Assembly: GCF_001194135.2 (NCBI RefSeq)
Contig: NC_068990.1
Location: 61,004,293-61,068,292, forward strand
Origin: Octopus bimaculoides
Lineage: Eukaryota
Direction of reading: 5' to 3'
DNA: 64,000 bases
How positions within the stretch are numbered: the stretch's first letter is position 1; each line of letters starts with the position of its first letter. This document shows positions 28,011-41,850 of the stretch, piece by piece. The notes under the pieces were generated by a model that saw only the letters and a program-made list of their open reading frames with translations, was not told where the DNA came from and searched no databases. The position numbers and the translations under genes are program-made.

Positions 28011-28047
<37 letters not shown>

Positions 28048-28106
28048 CATACATGCATACATACATACATACATACATACATACCTATAAAACACATCTG
28101 TCCGAT

Positions 28107-28150
28107 GGGACCCTGATGATTGCTAGAAAGCAGGAAAGTATACTAGTCCT
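28107..28150 (+). ncRNA. Minimal type I hammerhead ribozyme motif
   Basis: GGGACC-CTGATGA-TTGC TAGAAA GCAG-GAAA, stem III palindrome AGTATACT, A, then GTCCT pairing with GGGAC (one bulge). Confidence 0.7.
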
Positions 28151-28275
28151 TATATATTTAATACTAAATATTTCATTTATTGAATAAGATATATTATATA
28201 TTCCATATTCTATATCCTACATTAATTTTATAAGAATATAAATAAAACATAAAACACAGAGTTGGAACTCGTTGA

Positions 28276-28319
<44 letters not shown>

Positions 28320-28934
28320 ATCAAAGATGATGTATGAGTGTTCAGTTTTTCTTTGTTGAATGACCTGCACAAATGATTTGCTTATGGTGATCAAACGTAT
28401 ATACCATATTTTAGCTCATTCCCTCCACCAAATCGATGTTCCCTGAATAGCTTCACAGTGTGCCACACATCAAGTGTCGAAGTGATTGCAAAGCAACATG
28501 AGATGAGGTGTTTTACTGATGAACACAATGCTCTACATGGTCTAGGAATTGAAATCATGATCCCTAACCACTAGGACATGTGTTCTTCGCACACACACAC
28601 ACTGTAAATATAATTATAAGTCTCCATGCATATTGACTATTCAAAATAGTCTTATATTAGAAAATATAAATGCTCGATAGAAAAAAAAAATGGGCATTTG
28701 TATGCGTGGAAATTGAACCCACACTTCTTGTTTTTGTGATATGTGTGCTGACTGATTGCATTTATAATTGTATTTAGAAAATTTTCGCTCATCACTGTTT
28801 CTTAACCAATATAAAATAGGCACGCACACATGCACACATAAACACACATACACATGCATGCATGCATANNNNNNNNNNAAATAGGCACGCACACATGCAC
28901 ACATAAACACACATACACATGCATGCATGCATAC

Positions 28935-28965
<31 letters not shown>

Positions 28966-28992
28966 AAAACACTTACTTATATACACATATAA

Positions 28993-29200
28993 ATTTTTTT
29001 ATTGCCCACAGGGGGCTGAACATAGAGGGGACAAACAAAGGAATTAAGTCGATTACATCGACCCTAGTGTGTAACTGGTACTTATTTAATTGATCCTGAA
29101 AGAATGAAAGGCAAAGTCGACCTCGGCAGAATTTGAACTCAGAATGTAACGGCAGACGAAATACCACCTGGCATGCTAACAATTCCGCCAGCTCACTGCC
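28993..29200 (-). mobile_element. SINE family B copy
   Basis: Reverse complement of the family B consensus. Confidence 0.88.
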
Positions 29201-29439
29201 CTAATATACACATATACACGTATATACACATATATTCACAAATAAATACATACCTAAATACATATGAGTGTGTGAAAGGCTTTTTAACATTTCATGTATC
29301 TCATCCACTTGCATGTATAAATGTATTTATGTATTTATGAAACAACAGCAAATGCAGCATTCATTGTTGTTCAGGAGCATATCAGTAGCTGTCACTTGAT
29401 ACCAAAGTAAAAGCCCTTTTGTCATTTACAACATTCAAA

Positions 29440-29690
29440 ATCATGAGGTAGTGAGTTTGATTCCCGGACCGGGCTGTGTGTTGTGTTCTTGAGCAAGACA
29501 CTTTATTTCACGTTGCTCCAGTTCACTCAGCTGTAGAAATGAGTTGTGACATCACTGGTGCCAAGCTGTATCAGCCTTTGTCTTTCCTTTGGATAACATT
29601 GGTGGTGTGGAGAGGGAAGGCTGGTATGCATGGGCAACTGCTGGTCTTCCATAAAAACATTGCCTAGACTTGTGCCTTGGAGGCAGCACT
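29440..29690 (+). mobile_element. SINE family E with CORE-like central domain
   Basis: TGTGTTCTTGAGCAAGACACTTTATTTCAC...CTCAGCTGTAGAAATGAG resembles the CORE domain; relatives at ~22175-22430 (+), 28400-28580 (-), 50520-50758 (-). Confidence 0.65.
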
Positions 29691-30907
29691 GGATTAAGCA
29701 AAATAAGCATGCGCTTAGAGCATCAATGGAAGGGGGCACCACAGAAATGGTTTACGGTACAAAAGAAATCACTATATACCTGCTAAAATAATATTCAGGA
29801 TGCCTTAGCTCTACTAAATATAGAAGCAAGTGTGTTATATAAGATTAATTTTGAGGATCTGATCAAAGACATTGCAATGAATAAAAAAGTAGGAGAAAAC
29901 TTTTCAAATATAAATAAATGAGAAGAGTACAAAACTAAACATTATTTTCCATCTTACTGTTAGCTTTGTCTCATTTTGAAAAATAAAATATTTTTTTTTT
30001 GGTTATTATTGTTTATATTTTAAATTACATATATATACAGGGGCACCAAAATCCTATAAGTAATTAGAGCCTTTGTGGGTCTTAACCTGGTCCTGCTTGG
30101 AGGGTGACTTTCTAGGTGCAATCCCATGGTGATATATGACTGAAAGGGGTCTTTACCCTTTATTAGTTAAATCTATATTTTCTACACTATAAGGTAGACT
30201 AAAACCTCGGGTTTATCATAGTCATAGAACTTACTAGCAGTGCAGATTCTGGGCCTGATGGTGATCAGAATTAGCGTGGTATGTAATTAATGTGGACTGA
30301 ATACAGAAATTAGGTTGGCTGATGTAGAGGTGATGATAGTGGAAGCGAAGTGATGCTTACTAGTGCACAAAATGATTGTAGTAATAATGATGGTGCTAAT
30401 ACTGCTGGAAGCTGTCATGGTGTTGGTGCTGGTGATGGTGCTGGTGATGGCAATAAAAATACTTTAGTAGGAAGAGAAAATTGATTTACTTAGTGTTTTA
30501 GAAAAATTGGAATAATTATCTATGTTGGTTAATTTTAAAATAAAAACAGAGAAACAATTAACTTTTTGTTTAGGTCCATTTACCTAATGAACTTCAGCTA
30601 TAGGGTATGCATATTAATTATTTTCAAAATAAATTTAGTTTAGGTGCAGATGAGGCTGTGTGGTTAGAAGCTTGCTTACCAACCACATGGTTCCGGGTTC
30701 AGTTCCACTGAATGTCAGTTTGGGCAAGTGTCTTCTACTATAGCCTCGGGCCAACCAATACCTTGTGTGTATATTCGGGAGACAGAAACTGAAAGAAGCC
30801 AGTTATATATACATATTTACTTCTAATATAGGTTAAAATTTTTTCCAGAGATTTCATCAAATGGACAGCATATTAAAATACCTTTTGAGATGTCAATTAT
30901 AAATAAA

Positions 30908-31039
30908 TATAAATTAGGGCAAAATAAAAAATTTTTTTGCCAATATGCTGAGAAATAGACTTTAAATCATCAATTGACAATTTAAGGTCTATTTCTCAGC
31001 ATATTGGCATAGAAATTTTTTCTTTTGCCCTTATTTATA
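30908..31039. repeat. ~130-bp near-perfect palindrome
   Basis: 30908-30967 mirrors 30980-31039; centre contains TCAATTGA. Confidence 0.9.
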
Positions 31040-31157
31040 ATTATATATATATATTGATATATATATTGATAGGAAGGACAACAAAAGAAAGAAAGAGACC
31101 TCGGTATTATGTAAATAGAGGAATTTATCTGTAAAAATATGTGACACTTATTCGGTA

Positions 31158-31227
31158 GCCATGATAAAACTCCGAGTTTCGGATGCCGGGGTGGGAGTCC
31201 ACACCAACATCTCTTCAGTTATCCGGC
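31158..31227 (-). ncRNA. Type I hammerhead ribozyme motif
   Basis: Minus strand: GCCG GATAA-CTGAAGA-GATGTTGGTGTGG ACTC CCACCCCGGCATC C-GAAA, stem III ACTC G GAGT, T, then TTATC ATGGC pairing with GATAA and GCC. Confidence 0.75.
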
Positions 31228-31799
31228 CATTGAAACTTCCTGTGAAAAATGACCGTTAAACAAAGGGAAATTACTGTGTGGTTGACCGTTATTAAGACAA
31301 AAGAGCTATAGACTGCTAAGTAAGGAGAGGGGGTAAAAGTAAGAGAGTAGAGAAGTCTATAGTGTTCGTGTAAGCACACCAATCCGTACATTTGCCTATA
31401 TTTATATACAAAACCACCCTTGCTTGAAACACACACATGCTCACCCACATACTCGCCAAAAACTATACATATATGTACATATACATATATATACCCGCAT
31501 ACACACCCATACTCACACACACACAACAACCCCGCACCCATACACACGCTAGCAAAAAAAAAAATTTATAGGGCTAAAAGCAAAAACAGAAGAAAGTGTG
31601 GGAAAGCTATAAGGTTAAAACGCATCTAATATGCACATATTTTCACATGCACGCACATACATCTATATACACTTGTACCTGCACACACGCACACATTCAC
31701 AAGCACGCATACATTCACAAGCACGCACACATTCACAAGCACGCACATAAGGTTCCATGTACGTGTCTATAGACGCACAGGAAAAATACAAAACATTAA

Positions 31800-32038
31800 C
31801 TCTATAATTATGTAAAAAATATTTTAAAACATATATAAAAATCCAAGTAAAAAGTATAGAAGGATAAAAAGCTTATACATAGACACAATAAAGAAAGCAA
31901 ATCCTATCAGTACAGTCCTATCAGCAGGTCCTATCAGTAAAAATATTTAAAAAATATATAAGAAATCCAAGTAAAAGGTATAGAGAGATAAAAAGCTTAT
32001 ACATAGATACAATATAGAAAGCAATTCCTATCAGTAAA
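31800..32038. repeat. Two-copy ~125-bp tandem direct repeat, plus 18-bp CACACATTCACAAGCACG-type units at ~31690-31748
   Basis: AAATCCAAGTAAAA...GATAAAAAGCTTATACATAGA...GAAAGCAA.TCCTATCAGTA occurs twice. Confidence 0.85.
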
Positions 32039-32169
32039 CTCAGGGGAACCAAAAACGTAGCAAATATTTGGCCACATGTGGACATGATCCGAAAAGTTCA
32101 GTCTTTGAATTTAGACATGTGGCGGGGTCTAAGCTGCCTTTCCAGATGAGCCATCTTTCCATATATATG

Positions 32170-33035
32170 TGTGCCACATGGTGAACACATCAAGAAAAAC
32201 AGCGTATTACCTTGCAGGTGGGGCCTAGTTAAAATTTTCTTCAGGTTGAGTAGCCCATCCCATTCAAAAGGTCCCTGAATAAGGGCTGTTTGAGGATGTT
32301 GAACAAAACACCCATGTTTCCAATGGTGAATTATCCAAACCTCAAAAAATTCCTCTCAACACATGGCTATGATGCTCCCCTTCTACTTCAGAGATGCACA
32401 TATCGTCAGCCACTAAAAGACATGATCCACTGGTTATGATCAAACAACTGGGAAGCAATCCTGTAGTATTAAGCAGAATTTTTACTGTAGCCTATCTTTT
32501 ATACCAAGACAAAACAATGTACATGATAACACTTCCAATCAGTTAAGATTAGAAGCCATGTCAGCCATTGCCTGGTACTGCATCATCGTCGTCGTCGTCG
32601 TCATCATTATCATTATTATTATTATCGATGAGAGAGCAGTGCATGACCTTGCAGGTGGGGTCCAGTTAGATTTTCTTCAGGTCAAGTATCCCATCCTGCT
32701 CAAATGGTCCCTGAATAAAGATTGTTTAAGAATGTTGAACGAAACACCCATGTTTCCAAAGACAAATTATCCAAGCCTCAAAGAATTCCTTTCAACGCAT
32801 GTCTATGATGCTCCCCCACTACTTCTGCTTGTGATCAGAGATGCACATATCATCAACCACTAAAGGACATGCTCAACTGGTTAAGGTCAAACAACTGACA
32901 AGCAAATCTGTGGTATTGAGCAGAATATTTGCTGTAGCCAGTCTTTTATACCAAGACAAAACAAAGTACATGATAACACATCTAATCAGTTAAGATCAGA
33001 AGCCACGAGAGCCACTGACTGGTACAGCATCATCA
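32170..33035 (+). mobile_element. Two tandem diverged copies of a ~400-bp retroposon (family F), each ending in (CAT)n
   Basis: ACCTTGCAGGTGGGG...GGTAC.GCATCATC repeated at ~32207-32585 and ~32645-33033. Confidence 0.8.
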
Positions 33036-34419
33036 TTATTATTAAGGTGGTGAGCTGACAGAATTGTGCTAACACGCCAGGCAAAATGCTTAGCAGTATT
33101 TTGTTCATTTTTGAGTTCTAAGTTCAAGTTATGCTGAGGTCAACCTTGCCTTTAATCCTTGTGGGATCAATAAAATAAGCACCAGCTGAGCACTGGGATT
33201 GATGTATTTGAGTTATCCCCACCCACTGAACTTACTGGCTTTTTGCCAAAATTTGAAACAATTACTATTATGATTATTGTTGTTGTTGTTGTTATTGTTG
33301 TTATTGTTATTGTGGTTGTTGTTATCATTATTATTATTTGTTATCTTGAGAATAAAATGCCTTGCAATATTTATTCTGACTCCTTTACTTTCTGAGTCTA
33401 AATCTTGCTGAAGTTAACTTTAACATTTATCCTTTTGGGATCAGTATAATTGATTGAAATCTCTCACCACAAAATTCCAGGCCTTACACCTAAATAAGAA
33501 ATTATTATTTTCTTTATTATCAGTAAATTCACATTGCCAAAAATCAGCCTTTGATTGACATGCACCATAACTTAGCTTACAACTTTCCTCTGCACTATTT
33601 AAAAAATTCCTGTGTCCATAGAAATTATATTCAACAATTATATTCCTGCAAGTAAAATGTTGGGCTTCATGTACATTAATTTTCTTCAATGTCACATTAT
33701 AACAGCTACCTTTATTATGAAGAAACTCAACAGTAATAAATTTCCAAGTGACATGCCAACCATTGTCTTAGTAATATTGACTGAACGTGTCTTGTACTTG
33801 CCTTCAGATCTATTTTGGATAAATGCTGCCAGCTGCAAGGAATAGTTTTACAATTACAAGCAACTTTTCCTGATATGTCATGTCTAATGACTAAAAGATA
33901 TTAATAGCAAGCATATTGATTTCAAATTTTGGCCCTAGGCCAGCAATTTCGGTGGTAAGGATAAGTTGATGACATTGACCCCAATGTTCAACTGTTACTT
34001 ATTTTATTGACCCTGAAAGGATGAAAAGCAAAGTCAACTTTGAAGGAATTTGAACTCAGAATGGGAAGTCAGACAAAATGCTGCTAAGCATCTTGCTCAG
34101 CATGCTGATGATTCTGCTAGCTTGCTAATTGGTTGAACATGTCTTGGTTTTGTCTTCATATCTATTTCAGTTTTTGGACAAATACTGCCAGCAGCTAGGA
34201 ACAGTTTTATAACTACAAGCAACCTTTTCCTGGAATATCATATCTAATGGCTAAAACATTAAAATACTTGATTTTAATGTTTTAGCCATTAGATATGATA
34301 TTCCAGGTTCAGTCCCACTGTGTGGCACCTTGAGCAAGTGTCTTCTGCTATAATCTCGGGCTGACCAAAGCCTTGTGAGTGGATTTAGTAGACAGAAACT
34401 GAAAGAAGCCCGTCGTTTT

Positions 34420-37061
34420 TGAAATATGAGCTGTCTCTTGGCCAATTATTTTGCTTTGAGTTGTGAACTAAAATTTGGTGGGTTATGAGCCAGCTTCAGA
34501 TACCCCACCACTAGTTGGCATAGTGAATGTCACAGTGAATACCGTTACATCCGCCCAACATTCTGTGTCTCACTTGATAGCTAGACAGACATGCATGTTA
34601 GCAAGTGCAAAGATCATTAGTAGATTGATAGATAGACAGACATGTGCATTAGCAAGCGTGAAGATTGTTAGTGGATTGTTAGCTAGACAGGTGGTAAAAT
34701 GCTTACTTAATCATTGCAGGCTACAAAATCATCAACGTTGTACTCACAATTGTGCTTGCAGTTATTTTGCTAAATTTCGTTTTTCCAGCCATTGGTTGAA
34801 GAAATTGTTTGTGAAGGACAGTGCTGAGAAGAAGGAGCAGATGATGTACATTGAATTATTGAAAAACATGACCAAGGTGTGCATGTAGTCAACTTGGCAA
34901 AGCAGTACAAGCGTAGCACTTTTACGATCTGCACCATACTGAAGTAGAAGGGATTGATAAAAGCTATAATGCCAGCCAAGAGCATTAAAATAATTTCTAA
35001 ACAGTGGACATCTATTCATGAAAATATAGAGAAGCTGCTGATGGTGTGGTTGATAGAGATACCATGGAGATACCATGATAGAGGCTATAATCTGCAAGAA
35101 GGTACCAGCTATTTACACTGATTTACTGCTGCAGACCCCAGGCACTTGTATGGACAAGGCATCGAGTGAGCTGTTTAAAACCAGTTGGAGCTGGTTTTAA
35201 AATTTTAAAAAGAGGACTAGCATTCACTCTTTGTCAGGCATGGTGAAGCAGTGAGTGCAGATATGAAAGCAGCTGAAGATTATCTCACAACTTTTCCTGG
35301 AATTATAGCGAGCGAAGTATATATCCCCTAGCAAGTCTTCAACTGTGATGAGACAAAGCATTTTTAGAAGAAAATGTCAAGGAGGACTTATACAATGGCA
35401 GAGGAGAAGAGGATACCAGGTCACAAACCCATGAAGGTTAGGCTAACCTTCATACTGTGTGCCAATGCAAGCAGCTACTGCAAGATTAAGCTGTTGCTCG
35501 TTTATCATTTATATTTATATTAAACCTCAGAGCCTTCAAGTCACATAGGATTCTGAAAGAAAAAACTGCAGGTTATGTGGAGGGTAAACCCAAGGGTGTA
35601 GGTCACCAGGTAATTCTTTGTGGGGTGGGTGAATTTGATCTTTGGTCCTGATGTTAAGAAATATCTCCAAGAAAATAACCTACCCTTGCAAGCCTTTCTC
35701 ATCGTGGACAATGCACCTGCTACCTAACCTTGAAGATGACATCCTCGAAGGGTTCAAGTTTATAAAAGTTCTCTACCTTCCACCCAAAACTACCCCTATT
35801 CTGCAGCCCATGGACCAACAGGTGATTTCTAATTTCAAGAAGCTCTTCACCTAGCACCTGTTCTGACAGAGAGCACAAACCTCACCCTTCAAGAGTTCTA
35901 GAGGGACCACTATAACATTGTGATATGCCTCAGAATTATCAATATGGCCTGGCATGGTGTTACAAAGAGGATTTTGACCTCTGTGTGGAAGAAGCTGTGA
36001 CCTGAGGTTGTGTCTGAAATGGCCCTTGAAAGACTTGAACTTGAAGTGGCAGTGGTAGAGGAGATTGAGTCCTTCGGCAAGTCCATGGGCCTGGACATGG
36101 ATGAAGGTGACATCAACAAGCTCATCGAGGCAAACTCTGAGGAACTGACAATGGAGGAGCTTAAGGAGCTATAGATACAGTAGCACATGGAGGTTTTGTA
36201 GGAAATAGGTGACAAAGAGTAGGTTATTTCTACAGGTGTTATTTCTTTACTACCCACAAGGGGCTACACACAGAGGGGACAAACAAGGACAGACAAAAGG
36301 ATTAAGTCAATTATACCGACCCCAGTGCATAACTGGTACTTATTTAATCGACCCCGAAACGATGAAAAGCAGAGTCGACCTCGGCGGAATTAGAACTCAG
36401 AATGTAGTGGCAGACAAAATACCACTAAGCATTTTGCCCGGCGTGCTAACGTTTCTGCCAGCTCACTGCCTTTATCTCTACAGGTGTGATAAGGGAAATG
36501 TTAGGAATGTGGGAGAAACTTTCAGACTTTATTCAAAAGAAACACCCAGAAAAAGTTGCAACTAGGAGTGTGATAGCACTATTTAATGACACTTGCCTAA
36601 CTCATTTCAGAAACATTCTGAAAGGGAGGATGAAACAGGCCTTATTGGACAGGTTTTTATCAGAAACTCCTGCAGATGAAAGTGAGGGTAGCATGGCAAA
36701 AAGGGCAAAAATCAGCGAATAAGATTCAGTTATTCATTTCAACCTTCCTCCTCAACCTCCGTTAGCATCCTCAAGTCACCTGATCTCCAAGGTAAATGCT
36801 GTACATCATACTTAATAACACCAGTTTATTGCAGTACATTCTATTGTACTGTTTCTTTATACAATATTCATTATTTATAAGTACATTTTTCTTATTTAAA
36901 AACATGTAGCAATAAAAATTTACAGTGCTTTTTGGGGGGCCTGAAATGAATTAATGGCATTGCAGTTCATTTCAATAGGGAAAATTGATTTGACATACGA
37001 GTAATTTGAGTTACAAGCTCCGTCACGGAATGAATTAAACTCATATGTCAAGGTACCACTG
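34420..37061 (+). mobile_element. Decayed Tigger/pogo-family DNA transposon (CENP-B HTH plus DDE)
   Basis: Motifs VFNCDET, LTFILCANAS, LIVDNAP, LPPKTTPILQPMDQQVISNFKKL; many stops and frameshifts; right TIR ...GTCAAGGTACCACTG ends at 37061; left end disrupted. Confidence 0.9.
36240..36471 (-). mobile_element. SINE family B inserted in the Tigger transposase
   Basis: 16-bp TSD TTAT(T/C)TCTACAGGTGT-type at 36224-36239 and 36472-36487 (1 mismatch). Confidence 0.92.
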
Positions 37062-37605
37062 TGTGCATGTATGTATATACATATATATATATACATCCGT
37101 ATATGTAAGTATACTGTTTATATGCATGTATTTGTATTTATGTACTGGAGTATATTCCACTGATGAAGGCAGAGCATTATTATTTATGCAAAGCCAGAAA
37201 TCCAGNNNNNNNNNNNNNNNNNNNNNNNNNNNNNNNNNNNNNNNNNNNNNNNNNNNNNNNNNNNNNNNNNNNNNNNNNNNNNNNNNNNNNNNNNNNNNNN
37301 NNNNNNNNNNNNNNNNNNNNNNNNNNNNNNNNNNNNNNNNNNNNNNNNNNNNNNNNNNNNNNNNNNNNNNNNNNNNNNNNNNNNNNNNNNNNNNNNNNNN
37401 NNNNNNNNNNNNNNNNNNNNNNNNNNNNNNNNNNNNNNNNNNNNNNNNNNNNNNNNNNNNNNNNNNNNNNNNNNNNNNNNNNNNNNNNNNNNNNNNNNNN
37501 NNNNNNNNNNNNNNNNNNNNNNNNNNNNNNNNNNNNNNNNNNNNNNNNNNNNNNNNNNNNNNNNNNNNNNNNNNNNNNNNNNNNNNNNNNNNNNNNNNNN
37601 NNNNN

Positions 37606-37662
<57 letters not shown>

Positions 37663-40600
37663 TTGTATGTATATATATATGAAGATATATAATTGTATGT
37701 TTGTGCCTGTGTTTATTCCCACCACCATTGCTTGACAACCAATGTTAGTGTGTTTACATCCCTGTTGGCGAATGAGACTGATAGAATAAGTACTAGACTT
37801 ACAAAGAATAAGTCCTGGGGTCAATTTGTTCAACAAAAACCACTTAAGGTGGTGCTCCAACATGACTACAGTCAAATGACTGAAACAAGTAAAAGAATAG
37901 TTTCACATTCATGCTTCATTACAGACATAAGGATGTGTTAAGGTGTTTAAAAGAAATAGAAAACTACACGAAAAAGCTAGCTATGAAATGAAAGCATTGC
38001 ATATAGATATTCCCAACTAAGATTGAAAATGTACTTAGTAAACAATTTTTCTCTGAGAATGTTGTAAGTTAAGCTAGGTTAAAGCAAGCCAGTGAAGAAA
38101 TATCTATTTGGTCACTCCATATACTAGAAATAATAGCCAAATCTGCCTCCATATTATACACCTTACCATCTTGGAAAAGAAAAATCATGCTGGAAATAAT
38201 GTTCATGGATACATTGATATCTGTAAACAAGACAGGCTGGTCAAGGATGGAATGTCTCTAATCATGTCTGTTACATTTAGGGTTGACCTGGGATTAAGCA
38301 ACAACAACAAAATTAAAATTTTAATGAAAGAGCAATGTTGGTGTTATCAGAGACAAAAATGTCAAATTTGAAGGCTTGAAAGCTGATAGCATCAACAACT
38401 GAGTCACTTTTGACTTTTTTTTATTTTTCTCATTTTATTCTCATTGAGTTCATTCTTCAAGATTAAACTTTCTCAAATTTATATTGCCTCAAATCAGTAC
38501 ACATAGAAATTTAAGCCACTGCAACCATCCTAGCAGATAATCTCCTTCCCCTCCCCATGTTAGGGAGGATTTAACTGATGCTTTGCAAAAAGAAATAATA
38601 TTGGACAGGAAATGAATTCAGAAATTTTACTAAAATTTCTGAATTCTTGTTTTCTCCACTTGTCTTTATTGTATTACAATATTCTAATTTTCCCTGCAAA
38701 TTCTCATATTTAAGAGAAAAAATGATCTTTATTCTTTCAGTGTCTTTAATAAGATTCCATTGCTTGCGTAATAGATTAAGGAAGAAATCGATATTTTTAA
38801 TGATTTAAACTGAATTTCAAGGTAGAAGAAAAAAATTAAAAGAAATATTAATATCACAATGAGGATGTAATCAAAATATCTCTATTTTACTCACATTTTT
38901 GTTAGAATTCATTATTAAAGTCTTATAGATTTTTTAAATGTTACTCACTAACCTTTCTCATTTCTTTCTAGTTGAACATATTAGACTAATTTAAAAGTTC
39001 ACTATTATATAAAAACAAAACATTACGCTGCTCTTATTTCTCAACAACTCACAAAATTATTCATTAAGTTATAAACCTAAGGAATTCCAGTGGAGACCAT
39101 TATTTGAGTTTTGAATAAATCTATCTGGCTTTTAGTCAGCTGCAGATTTTATGATAAGTTTACATATATAGAATTGCTTCGTTATTTAATGTTAAACACA
39201 TTCTTAAAAAAAAAAGCTTCGCCTTGTAACTTAAACACATCAAATTGAAAAATACTGTATTTGGTTTACTCTGAAGTTCTCACTCTTCAAAATGGGAGCA
39301 AGGCTTGAGAATAATATCAGCTTCATTCATCTACTTGATATTGATTTCAAATCTTGGCACAAGGCCAGCAATTTTGTGGGGAGTGGGTAAGTCAATTACA
39401 TTGACTCCAGTACTCAACTGGTATCTATTTTATCAACCCCAGAAGGATGAAAGGCAAAGTTGACTTTGGTGAAATTTGAACACTGAATGTATATAAATTA
39501 TCTGTTTGAAACTGATCTAAATAAATAAATCTTCCTTCAAAATTTTCTGTTGATTTATTTTCCAAACAGCAGATTGATAAAGGTTCCAAATTATGGCACA
39601 AAGCCAACAATTTTGAGGAAATGGCATAGCTGATTACATTGACCCCAGTGGTCAGCTGACATTTTATTTTATCAGCCTTGAAAGAATAAAAGGCAAAGTT
39701 GACCTTGGTAAAATTTGAACTCAGAATGTAAAGATGGACAAAATGCCACTAAGCATTTTGCCCAGCATGCTAATGATTCTGCCAGCTCACTGCCTTAAAA
39801 AAACAGAGGATGTTTGTGAGACATGAAGCCACATCTGCAGTACACATGACAGCCGTTCTACCAGTGGGCCAAAACAATCCTTCCACTCATCTATTTAACA
39901 TTGAAGTGTACTAGAGGTAAAAAATCAATAAATTTATGCAAGGGTTCAGTAGAGCCTATTAAAAATATATACAGTATAGACAGAGATGACCAGAATGTTA
40001 ATACTCTGGGTTGTTTAAACAGTATTTTGTGACAGTCTCAATTGTTATCAATATACAAAATACCATCATAACTTGATTACTGTTTTGTATTTAAAAGTGA
40101 CATTTAAGAGAGATATTTAAGAAAAGTTTCTGTCCTGTCAAGTCACTAGAAGATGGTAGTGGTTCACTCCCCTGCATGCAATACCTACCAGGTGCAGATT
40201 GCATCGATAACTAGCTAGAGAAAGCTTACTCTTGGGGTTTAAAATGGTAGTAACTTTAGTTTGTACAGAACAGCCTTGTTGAAGTGGCGATAAACATTAC
40301 TTCTCATTATAGTTACTACTGTCATCTCTTATAGAGATTTTCTAACTAGTGCTAAATTCTTCAACAAGTACCTGTGTTTTACTAGGAAAGGAAAGTTTGC
40401 CTTTCATATAATTAGAGTCCCAAATGTAACCTTATTAGGGACATAAGGTTCATTATGAAAAATGCAAACAGAAAGATGGGTATATATAACTTATAAAATT
40501 CACATATCAGGTGCAGCAGTGGTTGTGTGGTAAAAAGTTTGCTTCCAAACCACATGGTTCTGGGTTTAGTGCCTCTGTGTGGCACCAAGTGTCTTCTACT

Positions 40601-41850
40601 ATAGCTTCAGGCCAACAAAAGCCTTGTGAGTGGATTTGGTAGAAGGAAACTGAAAGAGGCCTGTTTTACATATGTGTGTGTGTGTGTGAGAGAGAGAGAG
40701 AGTGTGTCTTCGTATCTGTGCTTGTCCCCTTCCATTTGGCAATCAGTGTTGGTGTGTTTACATCACTGTGGTTCAGCAAAAGAGACTGATAATAAAAGTA
40801 CTAGGCTTAAAAAGGTACTGGGGTCGATTCATTTAACTAATATTCCTCATCGTGATGCCCCAGCATGGCTGAAGTCTCATGACTGAAACCAGTAAAGGAT
40901 TCAAGATACTAAAAGACAGGACAATGATGAATAGCATTCGATCTAAGATTTTTAATTACACATGCATCATGAATAATTTTCAGCTCTAATTTCATATAGG
41001 TATCAATGTGAAGGTTTGTATTTTTAGACTCATTTTCAGAAAAATTTGATTGAAGTAAAATCTATTTGGTTATAAGTGGTAAGATCAGATTCTGTTTTTT
41101 TTCTTTTTTTTTTTTTTTGTGAATTACAATTAAAGTTGCTTTCAAAGAACTGAGGTTAGTAAAAGTGGATGATATGAGCATAGATAGTAGTAACGCAGTT
41201 TTAGATAAAAGACCACAGCTACTTTAAAATGCAAAATGATATAGTTGTATCTTGCTTTTTTTCTGCATTGTGTCTCTAGTGTTTATTTAACCCTTGTCTG
41301 GCAGACATCATCATCTGATGATTCATTAGAGAATAGGAGACATCAACAATTGATGTTTCAGAAATTTTACATGGATATGGCCATCATCAAAGGAAAGTAA
41401 ATATTTTATGGCACTTTTTAATGAGATTGTAAATTTTATTGTATGGGAGACTAACAATTATTATAGTTTTTGTATTTATTTAAAGTGAAAATAAGTATAA
41501 AAATTACCCTTAAGAAAAAGAGATTTTTGTTGGTCTTTTTTTTTTGCCTGTTTGGCATCTACAATTCATGTAACCCTTTCCTACTGTTTAAGGTTTAAAA
41601 ATTCCCAAGGAAAGCTGTTATCTACTCAGAATCTGAGTATCAAAGATTCATGTCATGTGCAATATCATGTTTTTCAACATTTGTATGAGAAAATCTTAGC
41701 TGGATGAGTCAGTAGTTGTTAAACTTACAAACTGAAGGATCAATAGTTTAGATTCTATCACTGATATTGAGTTGTAGCCCAATGTTCCAATCTATCAGAC
41801 AATAAATAGATACTCAATGAAGTAGACATTTTAGCATTACATAATTCATA

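Noticed and set aside
28814-28933. Exact 55-bp direct repeat around a short N gap
   Set aside because: Most likely an unmerged contig overlap (assembly artefact)
32170-33035. Regularly repeated modules (tandem SINE clusters) as a possible CRISPR-like array
   Set aside because: The units are long, diverged retroposon copies without a repeat-spacer structure, in eukaryotic DNA
40230-40381. Minus-strand segment with strong splice sites (similar case at 18705-18805)
   Set aside because: Stops in all three frames; no evidence for a transcript
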